A DNA stretch of 64,000 nucleotides from Stylophora pistillata (Eukaryota), in the NCBI RefSeq assembly GCF_002571385.2, contig NW_019217940.1, positions 283,432 through 347,431 of the forward strand, given 5' to 3'. The position numbers and the translations under genes are program-made. Each line of letters opens with the position of its first letter. Position 1 is the stretch's first letter. This document shows, in pieces, positions 59,961 to 64,000 of the stretch. Under the pieces are notes generated by a model that was not told the origin of the DNA, did not search any database, and was given only the letters and a program-made list of their open reading frames with translations.

Positions 59961-62900
59961 CGATTATGAGGTGCAATGGCAGAATTTGGGTTTGCTAGGC
60001 AGTGAAGTGTGTCAGTGGAAACTCCTGCTTTTATGGGACCTTTGGAGATTAGAGTTTAAAGTAGAGGAACCTGATTATTTCCATTTTTTAAACTCATGGC
60101 AAGTGTGGTTCAGTATCTTGTTATAGAATGGAAGCTTCCTAAATTAATTAATGTAACATGGAAGAGAGAGAGAGAGAGAGAGAGGGGGGGTGTGTGCAGG
60201 GGAGGAATTTGTATTCTGCTAGGCAGTGAAGGGTGTTTGTGGAAACTCTTACTCTTTGGAGATTAAAGTAGAGGAACCTGATTATTTCTATTTTATTTTC
60301 ACAACCCGCAATCCATACCATTTATGTATCACAAATATGCACTCACTGTAGGTCTTTTATTGTAATATTTTGCTGTTCTGTGTCTCATATTTCAGTTTTC
60401 AATTATATAGGAATGCTTGATTAAATATTTGTGGAATTTGCATTTTAACTTAGGTTAAGTATTATATTTACCCCTACAGACTTGGAAAATATATTTTGAT
60501 ACAGAGCAGAATATACTGTTTGTAATTATAGATATCCCTGCAGATCGTAGAAAATGTGTCCACTCTTAAAACTTTTCAAAAAAGATTAAAAATTAAAAGC
60601 AATCTCTGAGGACTTAAGCCTCAGAAAGGTTTTAAGTTCTGGGTAACTTTAATCCTGATCATAAAAGAGCTTTGTAAACACAAGTTAGAACGTTATCTTA
60701 GAAATATTTGAACTGTGTCATGGAGACACAAAAATGCCATGCACATATCAGCAAAATTTGCAGGAAGCATGCAACAGTGTTTATGTGTGGTCTGGGTCCA
60801 GCATTTTGTAGTTAAAGATTATCCTGTTTAACTTTTCTCATCATTGCTTTTTTGCTTGTGGTAAGAAAAAGTGGCATCAGTTGGAACAAGAAAAATTTCA
60901 GTCTATTGTAGAATGATCCTATGGTTGGCTAAGCTTGGCCCTCTCTTTTATTTGACAACTGAGTAATTTATTTGTCATTTAAAACACAAACCCAATCTCA
61001 GCATTATTTTAAGAACTTTGGAGACAATCACCTGAATTCCTGTTCATTATTTTTGATAAAATTTATCTTAACTCTCAATTTCTTTGCACATATTAAGTAT
61101 TAGAGTAATTTAGTTTACTTGCAACACTAAATGAAAAGGACTAAACTTTCTTGATATATTCTCTTTACTGAAGAGAGCTATGACTGTATTATTTTAGGTC
61201 ACAAATTCAAGGATCCAGAAAAGATCAGTTCCAAGTACGAGCCGGGAGCATGGTACGGTGCTTCTTTTCGAACAAAAAAGTTGGTACCTCGACAACATTT
61301 TTTAATCTTGCCCTAGTTACAATTTTATACTGTCAATACATGAAGGGATTCCAGTCAAATATATTTTCAAGAGTGCACAGCAGTTCATTTTTAATGACAC
61401 TAATTCCTGTCCTTCCGACATCAAGAATTAATGAATTTTAGGAATTTTTATGATTCAATGTTTATATTTTTAAGGATTTTCATAAACAAAACATTAGGGA
61501 AATAATCAAACAAGAGAACTGGAGGACTACTGCACACATATCTTAACAAGGTGCTATGTGGCTTATCACTCAGAGGGGGTTTTTCTTTCTTTCTTTTTTT
61601 TTTTTTATACATTGTGAAAAACCTGTGATTGACTAATTCATGAGAAAATGCAGGGCAACTAGAAGGTAGAATTCTTCATTAAACCTCAGAAATTATGTGG
61701 ATAAAATAACTTGAGACAGTCAGAAGCTTATACTATCAAATTTTAGGATCTTTGTGTCACACAATTTATTTTTCTGCCCATGCTTGCAAAATTTAGTTAT
61801 AGAGCTATGAGAAGCAACAGCCACAAAGAACCACTGTGTTTTCAAGCTGGCTTAAATGACAACTTTTATTTTAATGTTGCTATCATTATCATTGTTATGC
61901 AGCCTAAGAAACAAAATAATCTGGAAAAGATGTTTTACCTGAAAGTTGATATCTTTGTGTCAATCTTTTGAAACCTCTCACCAGAATTAATAATATCTTC
62001 ACTTCAATAATCTTTAACTACCAAATAATTGGACTAATCTGGTCTCTAGTGTTGTGCTTTCTTCCATCAGTGAAGATGCTTTAAAATGGCTGTAAAAAAT
62101 GTTATCCAAAATGTGTAACTTTTTATTAATAGAGATTTAACTAGTAGACTTCTTGAAATTTCTACGAACAGTCTTGGGCTCGTACTTGATGATACAATTG
62201 TGAGAGCAAGGGGGCTTCCATGGCAAGCATCTGATCAGGATGTTGCAAATTTCTTTAAAGGACTAAATATCTTAAGGTTAGTACAGTGTTACTACTGAGC
62301 AAGAGGGAAAAAAAACATTGATAACCATTTCTTAATACAGTTACTGTTGATAGCTGAATTGATATTTATCAAATATTAGTTATTCAGCTCATTTAAAACT
62401 AACTCTCAAAATTTCTAAAACATGGACACCACAAGAAATCGTGATGTAAATGTAGAAAGTGTGGTCAATAATGCTATTTTATTACATCACTCGCAGTGCC
62501 CATGGGCAAGATGAAGTGAATCCTGAGTTCTGATTGGCTACTGGAGCAGGCAAGATGAGCCCACATTGATCACACACATGAAAAAAATTGAATTAGAATG
62601 ACGTTTGTAATTCTTGGACAATTTCAGCAATGGAAACTCGAAAAGTGGCAGAAGATAGTCAAAACAAAGAAAACAGAATTGACTCTCATGAGTTTGTTGA
62701 GCTACAAACACAGTTAGCTTTCTTTCCTGGCTCTACAACTAAACAAGTCATTGTTAATTCTTAGTAAAGCAAAATCTTTTTGCTATATAATAAATCCTTT
62801 ACTATTATTCTAAAAAAAAAATCAGTGAAGTTGTAAAATTGATTTGCTAGTTTTTTTTTTAATTGTTGTTAGAGGTGGGATAGCATTTTGTTTAAATGCC

Positions 62901-63480
62901 CAAGGAAGAAGAAATGGTGAAGCATTCATCAGGTTTGAGAAAGGGGAACACAGAGAATTTGCTTTGAAAAGACACAAACATCACCTTGGTACAAGATACA
63001 TAGAGGTGAGAGGTGACAGACATGTATTGTTTCCTTCACATTACCAGTACATGTTTTTTTTTTTGCTTACATATTTTTAACATAGCATGTTCGTTGACCT
63101 TGCCAAAAGAGACCACGCATTTAGATAATCTTGAAATCTTCCTTGGAGGTTAATTTTGGACTTATTTCACAACATCATTAGGTCATGATAAGGATAAATT
63201 ACTAAAGATAAAGCAAAATAAAGTGTAAAGGGAAAATTAAAGAACAAGCAATTTTAAAATCTAACTCGTAAACTTGAGACAATCAGTTAATGCGTCAAAC
63301 TTGTGAGCCATCGTGTTTTAATTTGATCTTTATCAATATCAATGTCTTCGCATTAGTTCAGGTAAATGAACCCATTCTTAGACCTTATTTTCTGTTTCAC
63401 TCTGTGTGACAAGCAATTTTTACTTTTTTTCATTCAGGTTTACAGAGCAACTGCACAAGATTTCCTAAAGATAGTGAAAG
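54676..63480 (+). CDS. ESRP1: Epithelial splicing regulatory protein (ESRP/fusilli), 5' part, join(54676..54804,54979..55104,58557..58776,59812..59901,61198..61252,62172..62276,62873..63005,63438..63480,...) continuing beyond the window
   Basis: [30 protein letters not shown]; HKFKDPEKI; [28 protein letters not shown]; [36 protein letters not shown]|[12 protein letters not shown] are colinear with ESRP1/2. The acceptor at 62172 could alternatively be 62145. Confidence 0.93.
57399..57453. repeat. (AAT)n microsatellite
   Basis: Directly visible, with one interruption. Confidence 0.95.
58777..59811 (+). other. U12-type GT-AG intron in ESRP
   Basis: 5' splice site GTATCCTC; branch-like TTCCCTTGAC (59791-59800) 11 nt before the exon; phase 1 matches on both sides. 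Confidence 0.8.
59861..60294 (+). repeat. ~228-bp diverged tandem duplication including the 3' half of an ESRP exon and a (GA)n tract
   Basis: taaactcatggcaagtgtggttcagt..(GA)n..gtagaggaacctgattatttc occurs at 59861-60088 and 60089-60294. Confidence 0.9.
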
Positions 63481-64000
63481 GTAATCTACTCTCAACTCCA
63501 GATTACTCAGATTCAATCTAAATCATACAGGTCGGGGCTGCACTGAGTTGAAAAAACCAAAACCACAATTATTCTCCAATGTCCTGAAGCAGCTTACCTC
63601 TATATTTTGTGAATAATGAAGGTAAGCCTTGAGGACCTTACACACTATCCAGGGGGAATTACAATGCTCCTGATCACTTCATGCTAAAGAAATGGGGACA
63701 AGGTCAGGTGTTGATTGGGCTACCAGGATTTAGAGCAGGTTTTATCATTTTTTATCACCTATTCTAACCATATCCATGACCCCAATGCTTACCCCATGAC
63801 AACTACCCCACCTCTCTTGAAGTTCCTGTTTTGAAGTTCCTGTTTTTCCTCCTACTGTCTTAGGATTGGTTATGGATACATTTTAGTTGGGGAAGAGAAA
63901 AGCTTTTAATTTAGTGGGAAATTGGCATTTTTCTCTTACCTGAGGCCATCTGCTCATTCAGTTAAATGGTTATATTTTACTAACTTCCTTGTTGTGTTTA

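Overview
AT-rich, intron-rich eukaryotic (animal) DNA. The repeat families and gene content suggest an anthozoan or stony coral, which is inference rather than proof. Manual splicing supports these genes: CHMP4/Snf7 (+, 5 exons, one GC-AG intron); intronless PGLS (-); intronless RBM12-like (+); CIBAR/FAM92 (-, 7 exons, including a 6-nt microexon behind a U12-type intron); a 707-aa protein with three dsRBMs resembling plant HYL1/DRB and a Pro/Trp- and RG-rich N-terminus (+); and the 5' part of ESRP (+, with a second U12-type intron, running off the window end). Three small orphan ORFs at 1.3-6.4 kb share a C-terminal [IV]-[NQ]-[ST]-W-[LM]-x-[FM] motif. At 18.9-20.9 kb is a young 5'-truncated Penelope-like retroelement: a 920-bp inverted repeat with a 12-bp target-site duplication, a 35-nt tail and a variant (U3-A8) minimal hammerhead ribozyme in each arm. 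The window also holds several MITEs, SINE/LINE remnants, minisatellites and one 658-nt assembly gap. Most short ORFs in the supplied track are spurious (TTG/GTG starts, intron read-through or antisense shadows).
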